DNA of 64,000 bases from Hypanus sabinus (taxonomy: Eukaryota): contig NC_082731.1 of assembly GCF_030144855.1 (NCBI RefSeq), positions 10,726,001 to 10,790,000 of the forward strand, written 5' to 3'. The notes beneath the pieces were generated by a model that did no database searches, had not been told where the DNA came from, and saw only the letters and a program-made list of their open reading frames with translations. The number at the start of each line of letters is the position of its first letter. Position 1 is the first letter of the stretch. Positions 24,441-38,780 of the stretch are shown piece after piece. Position numbers and translations under genes: made by a program.

Positions 24441-26486
24441 AGCTTTTCGTTTTTAACTGCCCTCTTTATCTTGTCTGAAAGCTCTATACCAGGAATGCTA
24501 AGCTTCCGGGGGTGTCATTTGAACTGATAGGTGTACTCTGAGGTATTATACTTCCAGCTTCCAATATCTCTGCTCATCTGCGTTTATGTAAGGGAACTAA
24601 AACAAGGAACTTGCGCATTCACAAAAAGTCAATACAGCATCCATTTACTAAAGCATCAATAGTTGCTCCAGAACAAGGCCTGTTACCTTGCCGTCGACAA
24701 AGACTGAGATGTTTCTCACAGCTGTTCTATGTACCAATATCAGCTGTTTTACACTCAGTGAACTGGCAGATCTTTGGCACCATAGAGAAGGTGGGAGCAT
24801 AGCCTACATCATGGCTGTTCCAACACCTCCGAAAGCTCTGTAGTCAGAAATGGTCGTCGTAAAAACTTATCTTACTTTAAAGTCAGGCAAGTTTGGAGGG
24901 AATTTAGAATATACTTTTACCAAACAAACCAGAGGTGAAATTTCCTCCCAGTAAACGAATGCAGCAGACTTTGAAGATAAATCTACTAATGTCTTCAAGT
25001 GGACAATCTGCTTCACGGATAAGTCATGCTAATTACAGACACCGAATTTTAACAAATAGGCATTGAAAATAAAACATACAACAAAACCTGGACCTCCAAA
25101 TGACTAATAAGCTTTTAAGTTTAGGCCCAAGATATTAATTCGCCATAATACGGCAGATGCCTGCATGGCTCCAGTGCTCAGTCACAGGCCAATAACTTCC
25201 ACTTGATCAGCTGCGCACTGTTTTGCCACAACGTATCATCACATTCTCCACGATGAACGTTTATTTCGAATTAAAGGGATCTAAATAAATTACATATTTA
25301 CAACTCTTGCTATCCATTTGTGGATCGATCACAGCATAACAAAATTATTATACTAAATCTTTCAGTAATTTTACTAACTGAGGAAATATTTATGATTATC
25401 TTCTAGATTCTAAGAATTGGCAGGTGCAAAAACAATATTATGTAAATCAGGGATGAACCCGCACCATATCATGCATTTCGATCTCCGCAATTAAACCAAC
25501 ATAGCTATTCAGACTACGACTGAACCATGGAAACCGCAAGATGAGCAGCAAAAGCAAAAGGTGCAAGGCATTAATAACAAGGGTAAAATTTCCATCAATT
25601 TTCATGGGAGTAATAGTGGCAAAATAAACAAATGATTTCAACACCATCTTGTGAGACGAGGGAGTTGTTCTGCAGATGCTGTGATACAAATCAGTAAAGG
25701 TGTGAAACAGTAAGAATGCATTTATCCGTCAGAATCTGTGTTACTGTAACGTAGAGATAAATCAATTTTCTTAATTTATGTATCAAGTTTAAATTATGGA
25801 GGTTTTCCAGTAATGCATTGGGCAGTTTTTAGAGCTTGTAGAGCTTTCCTGACTGTCGCAGTGCAGTTCCCAGTTTATCCGCCATCAACGACATATATAC
25901 AAGGGCCAGCAAAAACATGAGAGATCACAGGCACCCCGCTTATCTGTCCCTCTCTCTTCAGCGAGGTGGGTATGTAGCAACCATGCCAGGACCACCGGAG
26001 AAAAAACAGTTAGTTTCCATAAACAGTAAGTCAGATCAATACGTCCGCCCACCAACCCGTCCCTTCATACCCCCAACCACCACAACATTAAAATTTCCTT
26101 TCAGGCACCATATGCACCGACAACCCTATGGCTAGCGACACTTTATGCGCATATGCCCAATCCAAGCCCATAATCTATTTTACATATATTTATTGTGATA
26201 TGTATGTTACTGTGCTTTTTTGACCTGCATCGGATCCGGGGTAACAATTATTTTGTTCTCCTTTACTCTTGTGTTCTGAAAATTACATTAAAAAATCTTG
26301 AATCTTGAATTTTGATGAAATATTTATCGTATAGTGATTAGGACTCATTTCAGATATCAAACTAGAACAGATTTAAAAGAATATTAACTCCTCCAGTGAT
26401 ACAGAGAGATGAAAAAGAACATAAGCAAAAGTAGTGGACGAGTGGTTCTCTTCAAGACTGCTCATTCATTCGTGACATACTGGGAG

Positions 26487-26488
<2 letters not shown>

Positions 26489-26528
<40 letters not shown>

Positions 26529-26563
26529 CCTCCCTCCCTCACGCTCTCTCTCTCGCTGTCTCC
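26489..26563. repeat. (CT)n/(CCCT)n microsatellite
   Basis: Directly visible TC dinucleotide run. Confidence 0.95.
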
Positions 26564-27099
26564 ACATGCCTTAGAAACGGAGACAACAGAATGCAAGAAA
26601 GAAAACATCCTTCATTAATATTTAATCTCAAGGATATGAGTTCAGGCACATTCCATTCTGGTCACCACATTCACATATGACACCATTTTATCGTACAAGC
26701 TTACATTTTGTGTTGCAAATCATGGTATTGACCAAAGATGTATCATGTTTACCTCTTTCCTGAAACATCACCCCATGAGTCATTAATACATTATACCAAA
26801 AAGCAAAATACTACATAAAAAGTACAATGAGTACAAATTTAGTATTATTATTATAATTACAGTTCCATATGGTAATACATCACACGATATAGCGGTGCCT
26901 GGCGCTACAATTGTCTAACATGGCCCTTCAGTCAGTAAATTAAAACAGACAGTACTCAGAGCAAAACAGATGTTACAATTATGGTAAAAGTTGAAAGGAT
27001 CCGAAACAGCATTGTATCTCGAAATTGCTCCTCCAATTACAAAAACTACTCCTGAAATCGGCCTCCATTGAAGTGAGACACATTTTTTTGGGTTACGGC

Positions 27100-29630
27100 T
27101 TTTGAGTGCCTTCCTGTGCACTCAGTTGATATTGCACAGCAGGGTCCCTGTTATTGATCTGATCACAAGGTAATGTCAGAATTGTAAAAGGAACTTGAGG
27201 GCAATTGTAAGGGGATCGGGAAAATCAGCTTAATCCGGATCACAAGAGAGGAAATGTGTTGAATGCCTTCAAGATGGCTTTTCAGAGTAGCTTGTGCTTG
27301 AGCCTACTTGGCTAAGGCTATCTTAGACTGGGTGTTGTATAAGAATCCAGATTTTATTAAGGAGTTTAAGGTAAAATAACTCTTAGGGGAGAGTGATCAT
27401 AATATATTTGAGTTCAGACTGCTGTTTCAGAGGACAAGGTATAAGTCAGATGTAATAGTATCGCAATGGAGTAAAAGGAATTACAGAAACAGGATAGAGG
27501 AGCTTTTCCCAGGTGGAATGGAGGGGTATGACGGTAGAGTAGAGGTGGCTGAAGTTTCTGGGAATAGTTCACAAGGCACAGGATAGGTGTGTCCCACAGA
27601 AGACGTAGTACACAAGTGGCAAGGGTAGGCAGCCATGGCTGACGGGGAAAGATAGGGCTGCTCAAAAAACAAGAAAGGTGCCTTTTATGTCACAAAAGTG
27701 AGTCAGAAGTCAGGCGACTGGGAACTTTTAAAAATTCAACAAAAAACAACTAAAAAAGTCTATAAAAAGAGATAAATATGAAATATGAGGGCAGACTTGC
27801 CAATAAAGCAAGATACCGGAAGTTTTTTTTTTCCCCAGTTATATGAAGAGTAAAAGGGGAGTGAGAGTTGATATTGGACCACTGGCAAATGATGCCTGTG
27901 AGACAGAAATTGGGGGGGGGGGGGGGGGAATGACAGATGAACTTAATGATTACATTAGGTCTGTCTTCACTGTGAAAGGCACTAGTAGAGTGCCAGATGT
28001 CCGTGAGTGTCAGAGAGCAGGAATAAGTCCTATTGCTATTACAAAGGAAAAAGTACTAGGCAAACTTAAAGGTCTTAAGATAGTTAAATCACCTGGACCA
28101 GATGGACTATATTTTAGAGTTCTGAAAGAGGTAGCTGAAGAGATAGCAGATGCATTGTTCATGATCTTTCAAGAATCATTTGATTCTGGCATGGTTCTGG
28201 AGGACTGGAAAAATTCAAATGTCACTACTGTTTTAATAAAGAAGGAATGCAAAAGAAAGGAAGTTATAGGACAATTGGCTGAACCTCAGTGGTTGAGAAA
28301 GTGTTGGATTCCCTTATGAGGGATGAGGTTTCGGGATATTTGGTGACCTCTGATAAAATAAGTCAAAGGCAGCATGATTTCTGCAGTGGGAAATTTTGCG
28401 TGAGAAATCTGTTAGAGTTCTTTGAGGAAGTAACAACAGGGTGGATAATAGAGAGGCTGTGGATTCCATTTACTTGGATTATCAGAAGGCTGCTTAACAA
28501 GATAGACTCACATACAGGAAATATTCGGGCATGGAGAGAGAAATGACTGACAGGCAGGAGGCAGCAAGATGGGACAAAAGGAGGCCTTTTCTGGTTTGCT
28601 GCTCTTGACCAGTGGTGTTACTTATGTGTCAGTATTGGGACCACTACTTTTCACATTCTTTGTTAGTGATATATATCATGGAATTAATGGCTTTGTGGCA
28701 AAGTTTGCAGATGATACGAGGGTGGGGGGTAGATAGTGCCGGGAAAGCAATGTGATTCATCAGGACTTAGACAAATTGGAAGAATGGGCAAAACAGTGGC
28801 AGATGGAATACAGTATTCAGAAATGTATAACAATGTATTTTGCTAAAAGGAACAAAAGGGCAGACTGTTATCTAAATGGGGAGAAAATTCAAATATCAGA
28901 GATGCAAATGAACTCAGGAGTCCTCGTGCAAGACTCCAAAAAGGTGAAGTTACAGGTTGAGTCTGTGGTAAAGAAGGCAAATGCAATGTTGACAGACATT
29001 TCAAGGGGAATAAAATATGAAACATGAGGAGATAACGCTGAGGCTTTATACAACACGAGTCAGGCCATACTTGGAGTAATGTCAATAATTTTGGGCCACT
29101 ATCTCAGAAAGGATGTGTTATCATTGGAGAGAATCCAAAGGAGGTTCACAAGAAAGATTTCAGAAATTAAGGGGTTAAGATGTGAGGAACGTTTGGCATC
29201 TTTGGGCCTGTACTCACTAAAATTCAGAAGAATGCATGTGCCTCTCATTGAAACCTACAGAATGTTGAAAGGTCTAGATAAGGGGGGTGGATATGGGATA
29301 GAGCATTCCCCATTGGGGTGGACAGAGTTAAGGGGCACAGTCCCAAAAATTGAGAGGCGACCCGACCCTTTAGAACAGAGGTAAGGAAGAGTTGTCTTAG
29401 CCAAAGGGTAGCGAATCTGCAGAATACTCCGTCACAGACGCCTGTGGAGGTCAAGACCATGGGTATATTTAAAAAGAACATTGATCGTTTCCTGATTGGT
29501 CAGGGATCGGAGATTATGGTGAGAAGGTAGGTGTATTGGTTTAAGTGGGATCTGGGATCAGACATAATGGAATGACAGAGAGGATTCAATCGGCTGAATG
29601 GCCCAATTCTGCTCCTGTCTATTATAGTCT
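27100..29630 (+). mobile_element. Decayed CR1 LINE ORF2 to 3' end
   Basis: KSPGPDGLYFRVLKEVA, SQRQHDFCSGKFCVRNLLEFFEEVT, QDLDKLEEWAKQWQM, ERIQRRFTRKI; multiple frameshifts. Confidence 0.85.
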
Positions 29631-30139
29631 TATGTTTCATATACATCCATCGGTTGTTTGCATTTGCTGCTGTGTTTTATACTCTGTTAGCTCTATTAAA
29701 CCTTTCTTTACGTTTAAAGTTCTGCATTTATACAGTCTAAAGTACATATTCATGTGTTTTGAAAGATATTGTACTAATTTGAATTAATTGTGTTGGCTTT
29801 AAAGTTGAAGGAGCATATAATTCCAAGTCATCCATGTCTTAATGTGTCAATGTATAGCTCATTTTGTTGTTTATAACTTGATACCCGATTTTGTTCCAAT
29901 TCAGTAAAGTACAAAGTGGTTTTAAAGTTAAACAGAACCATAGTGGACTTAGAAAGTCACCTTGGAAAACACCTCAGGTGATATTCATAGCTGTTATTAT
30001 TATCATTATTGAACATTGGTTGTTTGTATCTGTTGTTGCATAGGTTTCTTTGTATTTAATGTGAATGCCTGCAAGAAAGTTGATGTAACGGTAGTAAATG
30101 GTGACCTATATTTACTTTCATAATAAATTTACTCTGAAC

Positions 30140-31075
30140 TTTGAGCATCGCTGATAAGCATTGCTTGCAGTGGTAACTCCTTATTCATGTCTTATTGTAG
30201 TCATATAGATGGTTGCTTATGATGTCCAGATAGCTAGCAATGATATGTACCCAGTGTCTCAATGCCAGGAATCAGGGGTTTTAGTCTGGTTTACTCAGAT
30301 GAGGTAGTCCACTTTATTATGAACGGTGGTAGATAGAACGGCAGTTTTCGGTTGGGCATCTACATGGAAAAGTGTTATCTTCATTCATTGGACTGCCTCC
30401 CAGATTTGCTCCCAGTCTACCTGTCTCACAAGGGTTTTTCCAGCATCTGCCTCTTCCTCTACTGCAACTCAACAATCCATACATTTATTTAATTTGCTGT
30501 CGCCAGGGAGTCTGTATACATGTGCAGCAGATCACATTCATACAGAAGTGGCAAGGCGACTGCCACCAGTTCACTCCCTGGCTGACCGCATTCTCTCTGT
30601 CACTGTTGTTAACTGTTCCTATGACTGGATTAAATGCGACAGTTCACCACCCCCATGCACAAACTTTTCAGCATCTGGAGCCGTCTGTAAATCAGGCATG
30701 ATATTTGTTTGATTCAGGTGGCTGCTTCTGTGACGTGACTCAAGTAACAGGAGACTCTGGGATAGGATGTTCAATGGTCTCTGTGTACCTACTCACAGGT
30801 GCATGGACTAGATGTTGGTGTAATTCACTGAACCTCTCTAGACACATTCTTGCTAGTTCTGCGATATACTATTTCCAATTTACAATAGAGGTTTGCTGTT
30901 CCCTCTCTATCCAGCGAAAGAGCTGTCCGTGAGCACCAACGTCTGATCTCCTGGTATCCTGCAATCGCTCTGTGGCGGATCAGTCCACAAATATCTGGTA
31001 ACAGGCAAGCAATTGCATTTTGAAGGATGTATATCATTCAGCTGCAACAGGCAGGATAAGGGACCAGAACCCTGG
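30140..31075 (-). pseudogene. pol: Class III (ERV-L/ERV-S-like) retroviral pol remnant: tether, RNase H, start of integrase
   Basis: PGFWSLILPVAAE*YTSFKMQLLACYQIFV...EQQTSIVNWK*YIAELAR, ELVAVAL...LHMYTDSLATAN, KITLFHVDAQ...HNKVDYL; compare recalled ERV-L PLGFWS..ADNYSPFEKQLLACY, QQHSIIKWKWYIRDRAR, YTDSWAVAN. Confidence 0.75.
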
Positions 31076-32669
31076 GGTGTGTTCACTCCATTTTGTTTTT
31101 ACTGCAGACTCCGTAGAGCGGTGTTCTAATGATCAGATAACTGAAATTCAAATGGCAATATGAGTAAAAGGTGGGGGGTGGGAGGGCAGGGAGGGAGCCT
31201 CTGCTTCTCAGACAGCCTTGCTCTGGACCCCTTTCAAATGTTGCCTTTTTTCCTAGTTACTTTGTATAGAGGTCGTAGGAGGACAGTTTGGGATCGCTTA
31301 TGCTGCCTCCAATAGTCCCACAAGCCTTTGCGTCTGCCGATTATTGTTAGGGACAGCTATTTCTACTATCTTGTTTTGTACTTTACCTGGGATTATTTCC
31401 TGTCCTGTGAACCACTGGCCACCCAGAAACTTGACTGTCTGACTTGGCCCTTGTATTTTCTATGGAACCACCCATTCTCTGTCCTTCATGTGACTTACCT
31501 GCTTGCCCTAGGCTTCAGCTAACCCTCCTCAGTATGAGCTCTTAGCATGATGTCATCTACATAGTGGGCTACCAGGTGAGAGCTCGAGTACATCGAGGAG
31601 CCACGCTACCAATCTATGACACAGAGTACTGTTGTGTACATACCCTGAACCAATCTAGTGAAGGTTTACTATTTTCTTCGACTCCTATATTGGGACTCGG
31701 GCAACAGAGGAATAGAGAAGAATGCATTGCATAGAACTATTATGGTGTACTACTTCTTGTCACCCTTCAACATTTGTCCAGTAAGGTCACCAAGTCCGGG
31801 CAGCAACAGTTAATGAAGGAACTTTTTTTAAGCTGGCAATAATAAATCGTCATCTTTGAACTGCTGTCTAATTTCCATTCTGAACAGACTTGTGAATTAT
31901 ACTCAGAAGTTGTGTATTGTTTTAGTAGCTCCGCTATGTGTCCAAGCCTTCCAAATGTCCAACTGTAATCGGGCACTGCTTCACACATGTCACAGCACTA
32001 CGTAACAGTATCTTAAGAGGCTAAAACAGTTTTTGTCCTCATGAGAAGGGCGCTAGGCTCATCCCTTTTCATGTGGCTGTGATGTTTCAATGAGTACCAA
32101 TTCAGTTAAGGTGTTATTTTGCTGTTATAGGGTTACCATTTTGCCAGATAGGGTTTTTATTAATGCTCGACTCATGTCATATGACCTCTCCCAAAAGCAC
32201 ACACCAGGATCTAATAGGATGCATCCTATTGTTTGTGAATAGCCACCTTATTTAACTGAGGGGCTCCCATTTGGGGGCGTCAGGACTACCTCTCTCCATC
32301 TTGGCTCTCTGACAGGCTGGAGAGCAACCTGCGGATAATGCACTCAGTGGCTACTTTTTAGGTAAACTTTGACCCTTGTACTTTTTCATCCCTTAGTCGT
32401 ACCAGGCTGTATCTTCTTATCTCTCATGACCATCAGCCTGAAACATAGACAACAAGACTGAAATGAGGAAAACATCTTTCATCAGTGTTGAATGTCATGT
32501 ATTTGTGTTCATGAACATCTCCAGACTATCACCAGATTTAGTCGACTGCATTGCATCTTTATACCACCTAATTTCATTTTAAGTCCAGTTGTCTATTTCC
32601 ATTCATGATTTGATCTGATTTGGCAGAAGAACTTCACTCTGATTCACTGATTCTGAGATGGCTCATCTC

Positions 32670-33690
32670 TGCTTTCCAGGCTTACATTTCAGGATGCAGT
32701 CTCGCAACCTCCTTATTTCTGTTGCCCCTGGTGGTCATCCTGCCACATATTCCTCTCTCTCGGACACTGAAGAAGTTGTAGAAAATGGTTACAGAGGCAC
32801 ATGGGGTGGTAGGTAAGGGCAATTGGAAACCGATTCCTGTTATGGTCATTATAGGCACAGTATAATGGCACATTAGGCGAGAAATGCAATAGATGCAGTT
32901 GAACGAAGCATCGATGGAAGTAGAAGGGAGCCCATGGATTTTGAAAAAGGACACCTTAGATGTTCTAGAATGGAAACCCTCATTCTGAAGAAAAATGCAG
33001 TGGAGATAGAGGAACTGAAGGAAACGAATAGCATTTTTACTGGTGACAAGGTGGCAACATGCCACAATAACTGTGGGAGTCAGTGATTTTATAAAATATG
33101 TCAGTAGATAATCTGTCTCCAGTGATTGAGACAGAGAAATTGAGGAAAGGGGAAACAGCTATCAGAGATGGACCAAGTAATTTGGAGTGTTGGGTGGAAG
33201 TTCGAGCTAAAGTTGATGAAATTGAGGAGCTCAGCATGGCTGCAGGAAGCAGCAAACAGATCTTCATTGAAGCAGTCTTCTATGTCACTAACAAAGAAAT
33301 GGAGTCCATTACTAGAGTAGGCTTGGAACACGGACCCTTTTGCACAGCTGATGAAAAGACGGATGTCGTTTGGGCCCACGCAAGTTTCCATTGCTACGTT
33401 GCTGGTCTGGAGAATGTTGGAGGAGCCAGAAGTAAAATTGTTGAGGGGAAGTATCAGTTCTGCCAAACAAAGGAGAGTGGTCCTGGAGAGAAACGAGTTA
33501 GGGTGGTTGTTCAAAAAGACACAGAGATCCTTAACGCCTTCATAATGAGGGATGGATATGAATTGGAAGTGGATGTTCATTGTGAAAATAATGTCATTTG
33601 GGCCAGAAAGCAGGAAGTTATTGCTGTGATGGAGAGCGTGAGAAGTGTAACAGATGTAGGTAGGAAGGGTGAAGGTTAAGGAAAGGAATG
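32670..33690 (-). mobile_element. Decayed Penelope-like element RT region
   Basis: SIPHYEGVKDL..FL..HPN..LSRTTLLCLAELILPLNNF...LQTSNVAMET...FHPTLQITWSISD, the vertebrate PLE RT pattern. Confidence 0.8.
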
Positions 33691-34469
33691 ATCCAATTGG
33701 GACAAAATGGAATCAAGATATGCAGAACAGAAATCAGTGGGCAGAAACTGGTAGTAACAAAAGGTTTACTGAGCAGTTTGGTTTGTAGATCATGGGTAGC
33801 AATGTGCAGTGCTCCAGTAGTGCTCATTTTATCAGTACTTCTCAAGACTGACAGCATCTGCAGAAATTTGTGCATGCATTGACTTCAGTCCCTCTATTAT
33901 TAAACAGTCCATATATTGTAATATTGTTAAGTAGCTCACCAGCTCGCATATCTCGGGCTACAGAAGGAAGCCAGTGTTGATAGAGTAAACTCACAGTAAA
34001 TGAGAGGACATGCAAACCCCACTAAAATAGCACAGGGAATCAAGATCAAAACAGATTGCTGAGTTGTGAGCTAACAGTTTACTGGATGCACCACTGTGCA
34101 AGTCCATTCATACTCTTGTTAAGAATAGAAGTGATGCTGACCCTAGTCTCTGATCCACTATTCTTCCCACACCTTTATGGGAATGATTTTCTTGTTGAAT
34201 TTGGATATCACGTGGGTCCAGTCGCCTTCTGAATTATAGCCCAGATCTGGAGAGCATGCAAAGGACAAGTCAGACAGCAGCAAGTTCCTTTATTCAGGAC
34301 TTATTACACTGTCCAGACTGCACATTGAGTGTGAGCTCAAAAATACTCTAATGATCCAAACACCCTCCTGAAATTTGCAACATTCACATTACAACTGTTG
34401 CAGATTTTATTGTTTCACACTAATGCAACAGTGACTTCATTTTCATTTTAGGTTTTAATCATTGCCAAT

Positions 34470-36790
34470 CACTGTAATAGACAACATTCAGCCCATCAAA
34501 TCTGCTCTGCTATTCCATCATGGTTAATTTATTATTCCTCTCAATCCCAATCTCCTGTCTTCTACAACTATTTTTTGACAGCCTCTCTCAATCAGAAACC
34601 TATCAAATCCCATTTTAAAAATGCCCAGTAACTTGGCCTACACAATTATGTGTAGCAATGAATTCCACAGATTCATTACCATCTAGCTAAAGAAATCCCC
34701 CTCACTTCTGTTCTGAAGATATATACTTGTATTCTGAGGCAATGCCCTCTGGTGTCAGATTCACCCGCTACAGAAAGCACCTTCTCCAACTCCACTCTCC
34801 AATGTCAGCAAATCCTTTCATAGATAAGAGGGCCAAAATTGCTTCCAATAATCCAGTGAGACCTGATAGGTTCTTGATTTAATAAAGGCGTCAAAGATTA
34901 CTGGGAGGAGATTGGGGCTAAGAGGGACAAGTCGCCCCGTTTTGGAAATAGTGTACGCCTTTATTCCTCCTACCAAAGTGCATTACCATGCAATTCAAAG
35001 CCTCAAATTAAATGTGCCACTGCTTTGCCCATTCTCCTAGCCTGTCTAAGTTTTCTGTAGACTCCCTTCTTCATCAGAACTTCCTACTCCTCCACTATTT
35101 TCATATAGTCAAAGGCCTTCTGAAAATACAAGTAAAGAACATCTACTGTCTCTTCTTTGTCTGTCTTGAATTTTTTCTTTGAATTGCAACAGATTTGTGA
35201 GTTAAGATTACCCCTTAAGTAAACCATGCTGACCTCGGTCTATTTTATCACGTGCCTCCAAGTACACTGAAACCTCATCCTTATTAATGGACTCCAACAA
35301 CTTCACAGCTGCTATCTATCCTATAATTTACTGTCTTTTGTCTTCTTATCTCTTTGAAGAGTGAAGAGACTTTTGCAAGTTTCTAATTCCCCAGAGCCAT
35401 TGCAGAATATAGTCATCCTTCATATATCTCTAATACCTCCATAGTGCCGAGAGGGAACAGTGAAACAGAATTGTTGACAGCATTTAAAATTAATCTGGAG
35501 CACAGGAATCAGCTTTCTGGCTTTGATCCGAGAGATGGAAGGTAGGATTAATACTGATGGGTCCTCACTTGTCAGTGTGGACATGTTGGACTGAATGCCC
35601 TACTTCTGTGCTTTATGATTATATAATATTTACTGTGTTAGTGCATGTGTCCTTGAAAGGACGAGCCATGTTTTTCTCCCTGTAGGTGACAATTTTGAAG
35701 CACAAACATTGTGTATTTTCCTTCAAATGCCTTCGACAACCAAGAAATCAGCATGTCTCTGCCGTCCATCACTTTTAAGCAAGTCTTGCTCAGTGCTGAA
35801 TACTTCAAATATTATTCACCCTATCCTTGGATCCCATTTCAGGCGTTTTGAAATCCTTGTCTTTCTCCAGTTTCTCTATGATCTTAAGGCTCCTGTTTCT
35901 GTAAGCTAATTCTCTGTTGATCTCCAAACAAAATTCAGTTCTCTAATTCTCTCCTATTGGACAAACTAATATTTTGTATGTTACAATTAGCTTTTAATTA
36001 TCGAGACGCTCGAACTCCATCGGTAAATGTTCTGGTCTCTTAACATGCCTGTTATCCTTTAGGAATTATTTCCTTGCCCCAGTTTATGTCTCTATCACGT
36101 GATGAGATTTAGCATCAATTGATTCAATGCTGTGTAGCACAATAAACGTGGAACTTGGAACAGGGAACAGTTCAGGCCTTGACCCAAGATGTTGTGTTGA
36201 CCGATATAAATCTACTAAATGAAAAATTATACTGCTCCCTCTTACACAGCCCATAGCCCTCCATTTTCCTACACCTGTAGCCCTATCTAAGAGTCACTTA
36301 AATGTTCCTATTGTATATGCCTTTACTAGGACCATAGCAAACAGTTCCATGCACTAGCACTCGCTGTGTAAACAAAAAATCTATTCTGATATCTCCCCTA
36401 AGGTTTCCTCTCTGTTCCTCCATACCTCTAAATATCCTATCCTTAAACCTGTGCTTTCTTCAAGTTCAACCTTTCAAAGTGTATCACTTCTCACTTTTCT
36501 AGATTGATCTCCATTTGCCATTTCTTTACCCACCCCTGCATCCTGCCTATATCTTCATATCCTGTCATTCTGTAAAAAGCCTGCCTGGGGAATCTTGTCA
36601 AACACTTTCTGAAATTCATGTAAACCACATTCTCTATTTTACCTCCATAGATTTTTTCACCTCCTCCAGAATCTGAGTCATGCTTATGAGGCATTATCTT
36701 CCCCATACAAAATCGTGAAACTTTGAGATTCAAATTCCATGACAGTTTGTTGTGACCAACAATTATGAACCATTTGCATACAGCTACCAT
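34470..36790 (-). mobile_element. Scattered old CR1 remnants
   Basis: Reversed CR1 pieces (GAATTCCACAGATTCATTACC; VYMNFRKCLTRFP; QGWVKKWQMEIN) mixed with unique DNA. Confidence 0.55.
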
Positions 36791-36999
36791 TGCATTTTAA
36801 ACTTTATTCCCCTCACTCTTTTCAAGACTTTGTGACTGGAAATTTCTGACTTTGACTTTCAGGTGATGATATTTGGTAGTTGTTTCAATAAAAGAGCAAT
36901 AATTGTCACAAAAGTCTTATAATATTAAATGGAGTATTACAAAGTGTATCAAAATCAACAATTTACATTATTGAGCTCTCAATTAGTTGGGAAATTACA

Positions 37000-37704
37000 T
37001 GTAACCCCCTGGGTAGCTTCAGGCTCGCTTAGCTCATTCTCGTCTAGGGGGAGCAGCCTTCGGCCCCGCCAAACTGGGTAATCAGCTGGTGTGAATGCTG
37101 TGCGATGTCCCCGCCTCGCCCAAAAACAGACAGTACACCATTTGCGATTAAATGAGTACAATTTATAAAGGTTACTATAACTAAGTGATTAATAATGATA
37201 CAGTATATGTGAAGAAAAAAATAAAGAAAAGGCGCCAAACTTATCAAAGTCCAAACCACTTCGTGCACAACCATTGGAGCTCAATTACTGAAGTCTTCTG
37301 GCCACCATTCGATCCCCTCCGAACTCCTCGACTCGCAGCTCTGGACCCTCCGAAGTGGTCAACCAAGCACTTCTAGCTTCATGCCCCCTCCTGAGAGTAC
37401 CTCCTCACCTCGGACCCCCGCTTGGGGTCCATTCCTCGCCTAGCTTACAGCATTCTCTCTCAACCCCCTCGCGCCGATCTGCCCAAAAGCCCGTTTACAA
37501 TCGCTTACAGACTCAGAAGAAAGAACAACATTAATCCCCATTTGGTTTGCAAAGGAATACAATTCTTGTTACCAGTAAATTTTAACCCAAACAAGCTTCC
37601 AGCACTCTCTCACAACAAAGAAGCATTCCTGCTAGTTAACAAAACAAAGAAGCCCTTTGATTACATACACAGTAACAAAGAAAAAAGAAGAAACCCCCTT
37701 TACA
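37000..37704. mobile_element. Solo LTR (705 bp) with 4-bp TSD
   Basis: Starts TGTAA, ends TTACA; TACA flanks both sides (36996-36999 and 37705-37708); no internal coding sequence. Confidence 0.8.
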
Positions 37705-38780
37705 TACAGATTAAAATTCTTCGACAGTGATGAGCAAACAAATTATTTATTTAATTAACAATATTGCTAAGGGTACAATCATCAATAAAATTAATTATAC
37801 TAGTTTATTAGTTCTGTTCTTTCAGAATGTGTCCAATTCTCCGGAAGATGATTTGATTGGTCTTTGGTTTCAAAGACAGCTGTTTGTATGATTGAAATCC
37901 CTAACTTATTTCCTTTACTCAGCATGCAGGTTTAATTATTATTCTGGTTCCACTTTATCCACATCACTGAATAGTGAAATATATATCAAAAAGTAATCAA
38001 CATGAGAAATTGAGACAGAATTTCCAGTGGTTAAAACGCAGTCCATGAACATTTTATTGCGTACTCTTTGTTGACATTTTGACAGTAATATGTCTCAAGT
38101 AAAAGACGAGTAGTATCAGCTATAACAGCGACATGCATATAATCTATTGCCGAGATAATATATTTTCCCATGATTTGGGGCCTCGAGTGATTCAACACAA
38201 GTTCTTGCTTGACGGGCAACGGGATCAGATTTTAACTCCTCTTGGGTTTCAACACCGCTGAAAGGTTTTCATCCTGGCATAAAGGAATTGGGATGTTATT
38301 CCCGTTACTATGGTGGGAGTACGTGTGCTCCATCAGGTTCCGTTATTTAAACAGCTGCAAAGGGAACCAGTACTGGTGCAGATAATTGATCCATCTCCAG
38401 GCCATCACTTTTTTCTATTAGAAATGTTAAAACTTTCCAAATCAAGTTGGTCTACTCATGTAAGTAAAGAACTGAGAGATGCATACAAGTACTACATTGT
38501 TCTTCCAATGTGAGCAGACAGGCAGCTTTCGAGTTTCGGTAAAGCAATTTTCTGCCCACGGTGAATGCCACAACACATGGCCACTCTATTCTCTGACTGA
38601 GATGAAAGGATACAGTGAAGATAGGACCGAGAAACATATTCTGTGATAGTGTGATTATAGGCTCAACAATCCAGGTGGGAACACATTGCGTATTGAGGCC
38701 TCTGCATACTGTGGAAGTCACGTTATGCAAAATCCAGTAGAGGATGACCTCGGTAGTGTTTAGTCAATTCTTCAAAGCGA

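Noticed and set aside
33098-33679. 193-aa plus-strand ORF
   Set aside because: It is the antisense shadow of a Penelope RT region and has no independent domain signal.
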